A model generated the notes under the pieces. The model was not told where the DNA came from. It worked only from the letters and a program-made list of their open reading frames with translations, and searched no databases. 32,000 bases of DNA from an uncultured bacterium (lineage in GTDB: Bacteria; Margulisbacteria; WOR-1; CAVSGV01), in assembly GCA_963699255.1 (NCBI GenBank), contig OY969425.1, positions 1 to 32,000 on the forward strand, written 5' to 3'. Positions 11,270 to 19,656 of the stretch are shown one piece after another. How positions within the stretch are numbered: position 1 is the first letter of the stretch; the number at the start of each line of letters is the position of its first letter. Position numbers and translations under genes: made by a program.

Positions 11270-11334
11270 TGCTGTTTAAAGGAAATGCGGAATTTTAAGA
11301 TCCGGAGTTTGTCAAGTTTTTAGGAGGACTTATC

Positions 11335-14031
11335 ATGGACAGGCTAACAAGGACATCAGGAACAATGAGCCATCCTATCAGTTATCAGGGAAGGACCGTC
11401 TGGCTCGTTTCTCCCGAGCACATTATCCATCCGGGATGCGGGAAAATGGGGAAGATCGTACATGAGATAGCTCTGTCGAACACAAAAGCCGGAACAAATA
11501 CCAATATAATAATTCCATATTCGGAGAAACTGGCTGATGTTAAATGGGACGTAAGTACGCGTAATTATACTCATAATTTTTGCTTTAGGAAGGTTGATAA
11601 TATTAGCATTTTCGCGGTCGGACGCGACCAGCCCTGGTCCGAGGTGGTGCCGGCTCAAGATAAATACTACGAGTATGTACAATTTGCGGACGCGCTGAAT
11701 TATTTTATTCATCTGCACGCTTTTACGCAAGATCCCGCCGCGATCATGCATTTCTTTGATTATCCCATGGGTTTTGCTATGAGCAATCTTAAGAGCACTC
11801 TAAGATATAATGCGAACAATTCTGATCTGATGAACAATATAATATTTTCGCCAATGGATCCGCTTAATTTTAACAAACGATATAATACAGGCGACCTTTA
11901 TAACATAGACGGACTTGAATCGGGCGCTAACGCGGCGCATAAAGTGATGTTCTGGTCAGAGAAATTCTACGATGATATCAAACGAAGCAATAGGTTCCCG
12001 GAGTTTTTAAGCGCGGCCAGCGGCAAAGAGGATATTATGCCCGGCGGCTGGCAGCCCAGAATGACGGAAACGATCCCTCAGGTAACGATACGGGGGATGC
12101 GGGCGGGGTACATGGACACATTGTATAAAAGCGGGCTTGATCGCTCGTTCCATTTTATGGCAAGACCAGGCGTAAAAATGGACAAAGTTTTCTATTTCAT
12201 TCCTGAACCATCCGATACAGGGAAACCTTCCAGGAAATCTGTGATCAGAAAGTCGTTAAGACGCGTCGAGAATGAAATGGATAGTATAGTAAAAAATGGC
12301 ATAGACGGAATTAAGATGCTTGGCGGAGGAAGGGACAATGTGTTCTACGATTACTGGGGGAACCTGGGGGGATTGGTCGCTTTTCTTGAGCAAATGATGA
12401 TTGAGAACACGACCAAAACGGAAGATGAAATAAAAAATGCCAGATATCTTTTCATGGCTGATGCCGGGGATTTTAAGAGGGGCGGCGGAATTGCCCAGGC
12501 AAAAGGAGTGGAAGCTCTAAAAAGCATGACGCCGGAAGGGGATCGCACGCTCGGAATTAACTGCATTTTGCAGGCCCCCGTCTTTTTCCGGCAGCTGCCG
12601 GATGACGGAAAAGGATGGATAGTATACACGGCTTCGGACAATAAATGGATCCCCGACGGCACGCCAAGAACGGGCAATAATTATTTGTGGGAATCAAACG
12701 CTAAAATTATCATCAGCGGGCGGCCGGCCGCAAATGTGGAAGCGGTAAGAGGACTGGGTTGTTGGATCACCGATAAATTCGGCCAGGTCATATTTTTTGC
12801 CGAGAAAGCATCGCCGGAGGTGATCAGACACACCTTAAATAAGTTAGGCCTGAAGGAAGAAGATCTGTGCCTGAACACGTTCGTGTGGGCCATGAAATAC
12901 GATCTTGCCAAAAAGATAGTGGATCTATATAAGAATAAAAAATGCAAGAAGATCATGAAGGGCAAACAAGAAGCAAAATGTTTTGTGACCACGTATCCTA
13001 TGGACATTTCAACTCATTTTATCTTCCCGACAACTCTCACCCGGGCAGAATGGGAAAAAACATACGAAATATTGCAGTATGTTAGAGCGAAAAAGGATAC
13101 CTCCAAATTCAGCAATGAATTTACCGGACGCGGGCTAAGCCTGGTTGAGGTGGCGAAACAAATGAAAGGATTTGAAAAAGAGGGGCCGGGCACTGATCAG
13201 GTCTTTAATGATCTGGATGATTGGATGACCATATATGATATGGCGAGCATTATTAACGAGGATGCAAACGGCATAGATGGAGCGAATATCGGGAAGAATT
13301 GCCTGTGGAACGATTTCGGAGACCTTAAGAGTATGGTTAATGAAATGTATTTTGAAAATTTTTCAGACAATGAATGGGCCAGAAAAGCCGAAAGAACGAG
13401 ATCGGGATACCCTCTGGATAAGAACACTCAGAATGTTGACATGAATGAGATCAGGGACTATGTGAAATTCATAGACCCGGAATCCGGCAAGCCTATGCAG
13501 CTTGCCGAGGGGGAGATACCTGAAAAGGTGATATTAAATAATGTGAGCTTTGATCATCCTGTTGAAATTGTCGCTGACAGGGTAATATTGGATGATGTAA
13601 AGCTTGGGAAAGGGGTCACAAAAATACCGGCAAATACTATCATTGCCAAAGGAGAAATAGAGGATCTGGAAGAAGCTCCAGATCAGTCCGAAACACTTTC
13701 GAAGATGCCGGCATTGATATTCAATTGCCATAAAAAAGGCAAAGTACTTGTTTATAGGGGCATGGCACATGCGTCTCTTAGCCTTGAATATGTCGACCAA
13801 AAAGATCTCAACGAGCAGGGTTTATCACCCTCTGACACGCCACTGACATTAACTCCCATCCTTTTCAATTTAAAAGCACCCATTAATGAGCAAGACGACT
13901 ATATACTGTACCCGGGAATTAATCTGCTTGAACCAGAATTTAGCATGTTAGAGCAGTCGTTCATCATAGAAGATGAAAATGGCAAGCCGAAGCTATTGGG
14001 CCTGACCTTTTTCCAGGTTAAGGGCGACTGA
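11335..14031 (+). CDS. Paralogue of the preceding gene (tandem copy B)
   Basis: 898-aa ORF with SD ggagg; co-linear with copy A from SPEHIIHPGCGKMGKIVHEIAL through FIIEDENGKPKLLGLTFFQVKGD. Confidence 0.92.
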   Translation: MDRLTRTSGTMSHPISYQGRTVWLVSPEHIIHPGCGKMGKIVHEIALSNTKAGTNTNIIIPYSEKLADVKWDVSTRNYTHNFCFRKVDNISIFAVGRDQPWSEVVPAQDKYYEYVQFADALNYFIHLHAFTQDPAAIMHFFDYPMGFAMSNLKSTLRYNANNSDLMNNIIFSPMDPLNFNKRYNTGDLYNIDGLESGANAAHKVMFWSEKFYDDIKRSNRFPEFLSAASGKEDIMPGGWQPRMTETIPQVTIRGMRAGYMDTLYKSGLDRSFHFMARPGVKMDKVFYFIPEPSDTGKPSRKSVIRKSLRRVENEMDSIVKNGIDGIKMLGGGRDNVFYDYWGNLGGLVAFLEQMMIENTTKTEDEIKNARYLFMADAGDFKRGGGIAQAKGVEALKSMTPEGDRTLGINCILQAPVFFRQLPDDGKGWIVYTASDNKWIPDGTPRTGNNYLWESNAKIIISGRPAANVEAVRGLGCWITDKFGQVIFFAEKASPEVIRHTLNKLGLKEEDLCLNTFVWAMKYDLAKKIVDLYKNKKCKKIMKGKQEAKCFVTTYPMDISTHFIFPTTLTRAEWEKTYEILQYVRAKKDTSKFSNEFTGRGLSLVEVAKQMKGFEKEGPGTDQVFNDLDDWMTIYDMASIINEDANGIDGANIGKNCLWNDFGDLKSMVNEMYFENFSDNEWARKAERTRSGYPLDKNTQNVDMNEIRDYVKFIDPESGKPMQLAEGEIPEKVILNNVSFDHPVEIVADRVILDDVKLGKGVTKIPANTIIAKGEIEDLEEAPDQSETLSKMPALIFNCHKKGKVLVYRGMAHASLSLEYVDQKDLNEQGLSPSDTPLTLTPILFNLKAPINEQDDYILYPGINLLEPEFSMLEQSFIIEDENGKPKLLGLTFFQVKGD

Positions 14032-14106
14032 TGTTTTATATTCAATGTTTTCAAAGCCAAGAGAATAGTTTTACGGGTATTTTGAATATTAACGAGATAA
14101 CAAGTT

Positions 14107-17100
14107 ATGGTAGAACGCACTAGGGACATAAGCCATCTGCCTGTAGCGCGGTTCAATTCGCGTTCATGCGGGATCACGTCAAAAATACCCTCAATTAAAG
14201 CCGGCCGTGATGTCGTATCGTCGACTAAAAGAATATTGATCATGTTCAAGCCGGATTGTCTGGCGTACGGAATGGTCCCGGAGACGCTCCAGCTTTTAAA
14301 GAAAGGGCTTGACCGCGAAAAGATAGATGCCCGTTTTGCAGGTCTGGTCCTCCTTAATTTAACGCCTCAGCTGACGGACAGGATATATGCGGAACATGTT
14401 GGAAAGGATTGGTACGAAGGACTATTCAAACCATTCATGACCGCAAAGCACCCGAACGAAAAAGCTGTTCGTGCCCCGATCATCGCGGCAATGCTGGAAG
14501 TAAGAAATGACGCCAGCCGGGATGTTGTCAGCGTGATAAGGAAGAACGTCATCGGCCCCACCGATGTAGAAGAGTACGAAAATAAAGATGAAATAAAGGA
14601 CACATTAAGATACAAACTGATACTGGAAAAAGGATTGTTAACATGGCCGTTCCCGGAGGATCCCAAAGGCCCGAATTACAACAGGATACATTGTTCTGCA
14701 AATGAAAAAATCGCGGGAGATGAACTTTACCCGGTTTTTGGCATAAAAGGCATTTTGTCCAAACTTTATGAACCGTCCGCGGTAAAGGATGTTCTGTCAG
14801 GCTGGAGCCAGCAGGGTTATGCCGATGTCCCCGGCGTGATCAGGATACCGATTCATGAGTATCTTGGGGCTGATCCGGTGATCTTTTCCAGAAAGATCAT
14901 CAGGGCCTTCAGTGACAATGGATGCGTATATAAGGACTTTGATGAGATCAAGGCTGAACAATTGATAAGGTCATTGAATGACATGCGGGAGATGATCCAG
15001 GGCCAGGAGTTTTTTTTTAACAAGGTAACCTCTTCGATCGACCCCACAGATCCCATAAATCCTTTAAAACCAAGAGTTGTAGCAATATTTGGCGCCCCCG
15101 GAAGCGGAAAAACCACCATTTCAGACATATTAAAGAATAAAGGCGTCGTTTCCATTCTGCCTTTGACCGTGAATGAAGAAAGAGAAAAAAGCGGAGCGAC
15201 GGAATATGAGCTCAGATCAAAGACCGAAATATTGCGGATGATCCGGGAGAATGAATTCGTCGGATGGGAAATCCTTGCCGGCAATTATTATGGAATATCA
15301 AAACGGACCGCGGAAATGATCCTGAGATCTTCCGGCAAAACTTTCGCTCTGCTGGCCGGGCCAACAATTGTTTATCCATTAAGGGAAGCGCTCAAGGGGA
15401 AAGCGGACTTTTATCAGGTGATGTTCAAAGTGCCCCCGAATGACCTTGCTTCAAGGATCACAAAACGCGCGACCGTCCGGGACAGGGAAAGGGGCATCGC
15501 TTTATCCCTTGAGACTCAAAAATGGATGGAGGAAAGTTTCGGGAATTTCGACCTCATAACGGAAAACCCGAACAGCGAAAGTGAAACGGCGGCGGCTCAA
15601 AAGCTGATCGATTTTCTGGCCAAGCCCCAAAACGTAGAATTCGACCGCAAAAAAGAAGCTTCAACTCTGGCGGCTACTTATCCATATAATGCCGTGGAAA
15701 TGTTCAAGGACCAGAGACAGAGTTTCAGTAATAAGGATATTGTAACCCTTGAAAAACAAGTCATGTCCCTTGTGGGGACTACAATTGAAGCTATGTACCG
15801 CGCGGTCAGGAGCTCGCTTCCCGCGGAGACGGACCTGGGAGTCGAATTCAATGAATTTTTGTCCGGCTTGATATTGCATACCGCAAAAGTACTGGTCGCC
15901 GGTATTCAGCTTAGATCGTTCCAATATGAAGATATTACCGCGAGCCCGATCAAGTTCGGCAGGATAGGACTGTGCAGCTCAAAAGAAAGGGCGGATAAAC
16001 TTTATAAAAAGCTCAAGGATATCCAGAACAGGATGCCTCTTGAAGAAGAAATGCTTTTTGATCTTGTTCATGATATCGGGAAAATGGAGAACATCATACA
16101 ACATCCCGAAAAAGGTTATGAAATAGCGAAAAGGCTGAAAATGTTCGAAGGGTGGGGGGTTGAAGGGATAGACACCGATGTCGATCTTATTGCCATAAAA
16201 TGCTCGCATCTTATCGGCTCGTATATGTTGCCGGATAATTCGCTTATTGCCGTGGCAGATGAACTTTCCCATAAGGATGTGAAGAGCGTTCTTGCCAGGA
16301 AGGACGGGAGCGTGGACATGGAACGCATGAAAAACTTCCTGGAAAAGATATGTTTTTTCCCGTCCAAGGACGCATCCGGATACAAGGATGGATGGTTGTT
16401 AGTTCTGTTCTCTGAAGGGTATTTTGCCTTTGGAGAATGGCTTTATTCCGTATTCAGCAGGAATTCGGATAATTACGATAACGCGATAGCTGAAATTAAA
16501 AAGAGCAGCGCCGGGTCTAATATGGACAGGATAGCAAAGTGCGTTGCCATGGAGGATGCGGATGCCGATGTCAACGGGCGAACATTCGAATATTACAGGG
16601 ACAATATCGTAATGCCGAACGTCCGGGCCTGCGTTGATGAATGGGTATTCACGCAAAAAGACTGGGATCTGGTCGTGGGGAACCTCCATCATATAAGTAA
16701 ACTCCGTTATTCAACGAACCTGATATGCGATTCCCTGCAGTGGATAGGGGCAAAAGGCGAAAAGATCGAGGACCTCAATAATTACAGGAATATGTTCAAG
16801 CTTTTCGTGATCATGGCTAAATCGCTCATCGCATTCTCAAAGGATCCATCGCGGCCCGGCGATTTTGAGTTCAGGTTCACATATGACGACGGCAAAGAGA
16901 TAATGGGCCCGAAGAATTGGGGGCCGGCAATGGACTTTTGTAATGACCAGCTGGATATTTCAACCGGCGATATTGAAAAAGTCGGCAACAGCATATCAAT
17001 CGTTCCCAAAGAAAAAAGCAAGCTGCCGAACGTGGAAATTACCGAAGAAATCGTGGATGGATGCAGGTTGATCTCCTTCAAGCTTAAAGGTTATTCAGGG

Positions 17101-17121
17101 CAAAATCCCGCTTCAAAATAG
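14107..17121 (+). CDS. Multidomain protein: NDK-like, guanylate kinase-like, and HD domain
   Basis: NDK-like RILIMFKPDCLAYGMV..YAEHVGKDWYEGLFKPFMT..IGPTDVEE..NYNRIHCSANEKIAGDEL (~14230-14750); GMK-like VVAIFGAPGSGKTTISDIL..EKSGATEYELRSKTEI..NEFVGWEILAGNYYGISK (~15070-15640); HD LVHDIGKMENIIQHPEKGYEIA (~15930-16330). Start codon uncertain, weak SD. Confidence 0.85.
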   Translation: MVERTRDISHLPVARFNSRSCGITSKIPSIKAGRDVVSSTKRILIMFKPDCLAYGMVPETLQLLKKGLDREKIDARFAGLVLLNLTPQLTDRIYAEHVGKDWYEGLFKPFMTAKHPNEKAVRAPIIAAMLEVRNDASRDVVSVIRKNVIGPTDVEEYENKDEIKDTLRYKLILEKGLLTWPFPEDPKGPNYNRIHCSANEKIAGDELYPVFGIKGILSKLYEPSAVKDVLSGWSQQGYADVPGVIRIPIHEYLGADPVIFSRKIIRAFSDNGCVYKDFDEIKAEQLIRSLNDMREMIQGQEFFFNKVTSSIDPTDPINPLKPRVVAIFGAPGSGKTTISDILKNKGVVSILPLTVNEEREKSGATEYELRSKTEILRMIRENEFVGWEILAGNYYGISKRTAEMILRSSGKTFALLAGPTIVYPLREALKGKADFYQVMFKVPPNDLASRITKRATVRDRERGIALSLETQKWMEESFGNFDLITENPNSESETAAAQKLIDFLAKPQNVEFDRKKEASTLAATYPYNAVEMFKDQRQSFSNKDIVTLEKQVMSLVGTTIEAMYRAVRSSLPAETDLGVEFNEFLSGLILHTAKVLVAGIQLRSFQYEDITASPIKFGRIGLCSSKERADKLYKKLKDIQNRMPLEEEMLFDLVHDIGKMENIIQHPEKGYEIAKRLKMFEGWGVEGIDTDVDLIAIKCSHLIGSYMLPDNSLIAVADELSHKDVKSVLARKDGSVDMERMKNFLEKICFFPSKDASGYKDGWLLVLFSEGYFAFGEWLYSVFSRNSDNYDNAIAEIKKSSAGSNMDRIAKCVAMEDADADVNGRTFEYYRDNIVMPNVRACVDEWVFTQKDWDLVVGNLHHISKLRYSTNLICDSLQWIGAKGEKIEDLNNYRNMFKLFVIMAKSLIAFSKDPSRPGDFEFRFTYDDGKEIMGPKNWGPAMDFCNDQLDISTGDIEKVGNSISIVPKEKSKLPNVEITEEIVDGCRLISFKLKGYSGQNPASK

Positions 17122-17130
17122 TCCTCAAAT

Positions 17131-17158
17131 TGAAATTTCCAGGAGTTTCATACGATAA
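17131..17158 (+). promoter_or_regulatory. Sigma28/FliA-like promoter element, copy 5
   Basis: TGAAATTT-N12-TACGATAA; very short leader to the ATG at 17172. Confidence 0.55.
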
Positions 17159-17171
17159 ATAAAGGAAGATT

Positions 17172-18605
17172 ATGAGTGAAATTCGCTTTAACCCGAGAAT
17201 GCCGCGCGTAGAGAACGCTGTTTTGCAGCCGAAAAAGCTGTCAAACGGAACATCCGCGCTTTATTTCAGCAGATCGCTCCCGTATAGCGATCCCAATAAC
17301 GCGAGAGAACTGATAGATAACAAGCTTTTTTATCTGTCGGCGCAGAGGTTTGATGTCTTCGCGTGTTTCTCGGGGCACATGTCCAGAAAGCCCGCCATTT
17401 TACAGGAAAGCGTGAACCGATTTGCATCCCGTTTTAGAGAAAGAAACAAGGTGGTCATAAAGGAACTTGGAGCGGGATCCGGGGACAGCATGGCAATCGT
17501 GCTTGGCGATGTAAAAAAGAGATATTCTCCGCTGTACAAGAAATTGTCCGCGTATGCTTCCGACGGGTATGAACCGGTTTGTGAAGCAATGAAAAGGTCA
17601 AAGCAGCTTCGACAATTCATTTCAGAAAATAAATTGGATATTTTACGGGAGGACCTGTTGGAAGATCTCCACGGCCAGAAATTAGCCGATTATGTTCGAG
17701 TGAGTTATTCTCTCTCGGACCTTCCGGAAGATATCGTGAAGAAAGAAAACGGAAGGTTTTACGCGGCTGATGTAAGAGGATATATTACCGGCAAAGAGGG
17801 CTTTAGAACGCAAGACAATGAAAATATCCCTGTCAAATATATTGCCGGTCTGTTAAGCGAAGGAAAGCTGCAGGAGATCATAGACCTGGGACTGGACATA
17901 CGCGACATAAAACCCAGAGTGGGATTTGATGTCAAGTATGCGCCTATGGATTTCGCCGTCATGACCGACGGCGGTCTGGTCAGGAATATACTGGAGCAGA
18001 TCACGGCTGGTATGGGAGATACCAAGCTCAGGACGGGATTGAACGCGGCAAAAGCGGTCGAAAAAATATTGAACAATCATCTCAGGCCGGATGTTGGATC
18101 ATATATCGAGGCGTTCGATGTGTGGACATCAGAGATCATGCCGCATGCGCACATCCCTTATACGGCCCTTGATCTTACTTCGGCATACAGCGTGAACCTG
18201 CCTTTCATCAAGGCGTATTTTGAAGCCAAAAAGACGCCGATAGATGTGGGATTCGAGGACTGGAAGAGATACATAAATCTGACAGAGCCGTATATCGATC
18301 TGTCGCATTTTTCAAGATGGCTAAAGGGCAGCGGAGCGGAGATCGATTCGTTCTTCGGGCGGCATATTCCGGCAAGAAGCGTGAGCATGGTCGTTGACTT
18401 CCTTAAAAGGACGCAACATGTTGCTGATATGGTTTTATATTCCGAAAAGCAGGCTCATCCATTTATCCTGGTCCTTAATAACGCGGGATTCACTGAGAAG
18501 GAAAAAGAAATGTTATTCATCAGCGGAAAATTCCCGGAGACCGTTAATACAAAAACAAAAGGTTATTTCGGGCTTTATCAGGTCGTTACCATCAAAAACA
18601 TATGA
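17172..18605 (+). CDS. Putative class I SAM-dependent methyltransferase, weakly MidA/NDUFAF7-like
   Basis: 477-aa ORF with SD aaggaag; VVIKELGAGSGDSMAIVLGDVKKRYSPLY..DGYEPVCEAMKRSKQL resembles SAM motif I plus downstream helix. Confidence 0.7.
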   Translation: MSEIRFNPRMPRVENAVLQPKKLSNGTSALYFSRSLPYSDPNNARELIDNKLFYLSAQRFDVFACFSGHMSRKPAILQESVNRFASRFRERNKVVIKELGAGSGDSMAIVLGDVKKRYSPLYKKLSAYASDGYEPVCEAMKRSKQLRQFISENKLDILREDLLEDLHGQKLADYVRVSYSLSDLPEDIVKKENGRFYAADVRGYITGKEGFRTQDNENIPVKYIAGLLSEGKLQEIIDLGLDIRDIKPRVGFDVKYAPMDFAVMTDGGLVRNILEQITAGMGDTKLRTGLNAAKAVEKILNNHLRPDVGSYIEAFDVWTSEIMPHAHIPYTALDLTSAYSVNLPFIKAYFEAKKTPIDVGFEDWKRYINLTEPYIDLSHFSRWLKGSGAEIDSFFGRHIPARSVSMVVDFLKRTQHVADMVLYSEKQAHPFILVLNNAGFTEKEKEMLFISGKFPETVNTKTKGYFGLYQVVTIKNI

Positions 18606-18607
18606 TC

Positions 18608-18635
18608 TGAAATTTCCCTCCATTTTTAACGATAT
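18608..18635 (+). promoter_or_regulatory. Sigma28/FliA-like promoter element, copy 6
   Basis: TGAAATTT-N12-AACGATAT, followed by atatacacagggaga. Confidence 0.65.
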
Positions 18636-18652
18636 ATATACACAGGGAGAAA

Positions 18653-19396
18653 ATGCCTATGGCCGATATTAGAGGGATTTCATTCGGGACAGCGTTAAAA
18701 GGGACGGCCCATTATCTAAAAATGAGGTCAATGGAAAAGCTGCATCCATTCAATGTCCCTGCCGGCGGGAAATTCTCAAAGCCCGGTCTCATAATGGACG
18801 AAGATGCTTACGTAATGGCCATGCATGAGCCGATAGCCGTATATTACGCGCAAAAGCTCGCGGTAAAGCATCTGGTCGAGATCTGCTCAGGAGCCGGTTC
18901 AATGACAGTTCAATTCGGGCGGTTCAGCGACCGCGTATCCACAATAGAGATGGACCTTTACCGTTCTCAAAGGTGTGTCCCGCACAATACAAAAGTTTAC
19001 GGCGTAAATGAAAAGGTGACCTCAATATGGGGGAACGCCATGCATGAAGATCTTTTAAAATCTTTAGCTCCGGCTGGTGCGGTTTGGGCCGATCCGGACT
19101 GGCTTTATGACGTGCCGCCGGCGAATTTCCCGATCGCCATGACGCAGCCGCCGATCCCGGAGGTATTTGAAAAGGTCAACCGCTTATTGACCCCTAACAT
19201 GGCGTTCAGGATGGTGAGGACAACAAGGATCAATGACGTGCTGAAGCTTGGCCCATGCAGGATAGAATATGTTTATTGGGACAATAAGCTTAAATTCCTG
19301 GTAAGCCTCTTTGGTAATCTTGCTTCTGAACAGGGTATCTTTGAAATTAACTTTTCCTCAGATAAAGGATTCCTCTCAAGCCAGCGCATTAAGTGA
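18653..19396 (+). CDS. SAM-dependent methyltransferase resembling TGS1-type RNA cap guanine-N2 methyltransferases
   Basis: VEICSGAGSMTVQFGRFSDRVSTIEMD..HNTKVYGVNEKVTSIWGNAMHEDLL..AVWADPDWLYD matches the TGS1 pattern FCGxGGNxIQFA/hNAxVYGVxxxIxFIxGD/PPWGG in layout. Start at 18653 or 18659. Confidence 0.75.
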   Translation: MPMADIRGISFGTALKGTAHYLKMRSMEKLHPFNVPAGGKFSKPGLIMDEDAYVMAMHEPIAVYYAQKLAVKHLVEICSGAGSMTVQFGRFSDRVSTIEMDLYRSQRCVPHNTKVYGVNEKVTSIWGNAMHEDLLKSLAPAGAVWADPDWLYDVPPANFPIAMTQPPIPEVFEKVNRLLTPNMAFRMVRTTRINDVLKLGPCRIEYVYWDNKLKFLVSLFGNLASEQGIFEINFSSDKGFLSSQRIK

Positions 19397-19421
19397 AATT
19401 CCGCCCCATTTTTGACGATAT
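19394..19421 (+). promoter_or_regulatory. Sigma28/FliA-like promoter element, copy 7
   Basis: TGAAATTC-N12-GACGATAT, followed by an atatacaggggaga-type leader. Confidence 0.65.
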
Positions 19422-19442
19422 ATATATACAGGGGAGAACAAA

Positions 19443-19652
19443 ATGAAGACCGGAAAAGCAATAAATTTCTATTTCAATGAACCCCGCATTTACAGGGCGA
19501 GACCGGATGTCGCGAGGCTGAAAACACTGCATAAAGAAGGGCTTAACATACGGTATACAACAGCTGAGGACAGGGACATGAAGATACCCGACAAATTTTT
19601 TCCCTGCACCGCGTATCGCGGGAAACCTCATTACCCAGGGATATTCATATAA
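19443..19652 (+). CDS. Small protein of 69 aa, unknown
   Basis: ATG with a strong SD (ggggagaacaaaATG) directly downstream of promoter-like copy 7. Confidence 0.55.
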   Translation: MKTGKAINFYFNEPRIYRARPDVARLKTLHKEGLNIRYTTAEDRDMKIPDKFFPCTAYRGKPHYPGIFI

Positions 19653-19656
19653 AGCG

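Noticed and set aside
11270-11334. Promoter-like element between the tandem 900-aa genes, or between 14031 and 14107
   Set aside because: Neither gap contains TGAAATTT-N12-nnCGATA; these genes are probably co-transcribed from the 8.4-8.5 kb elements.
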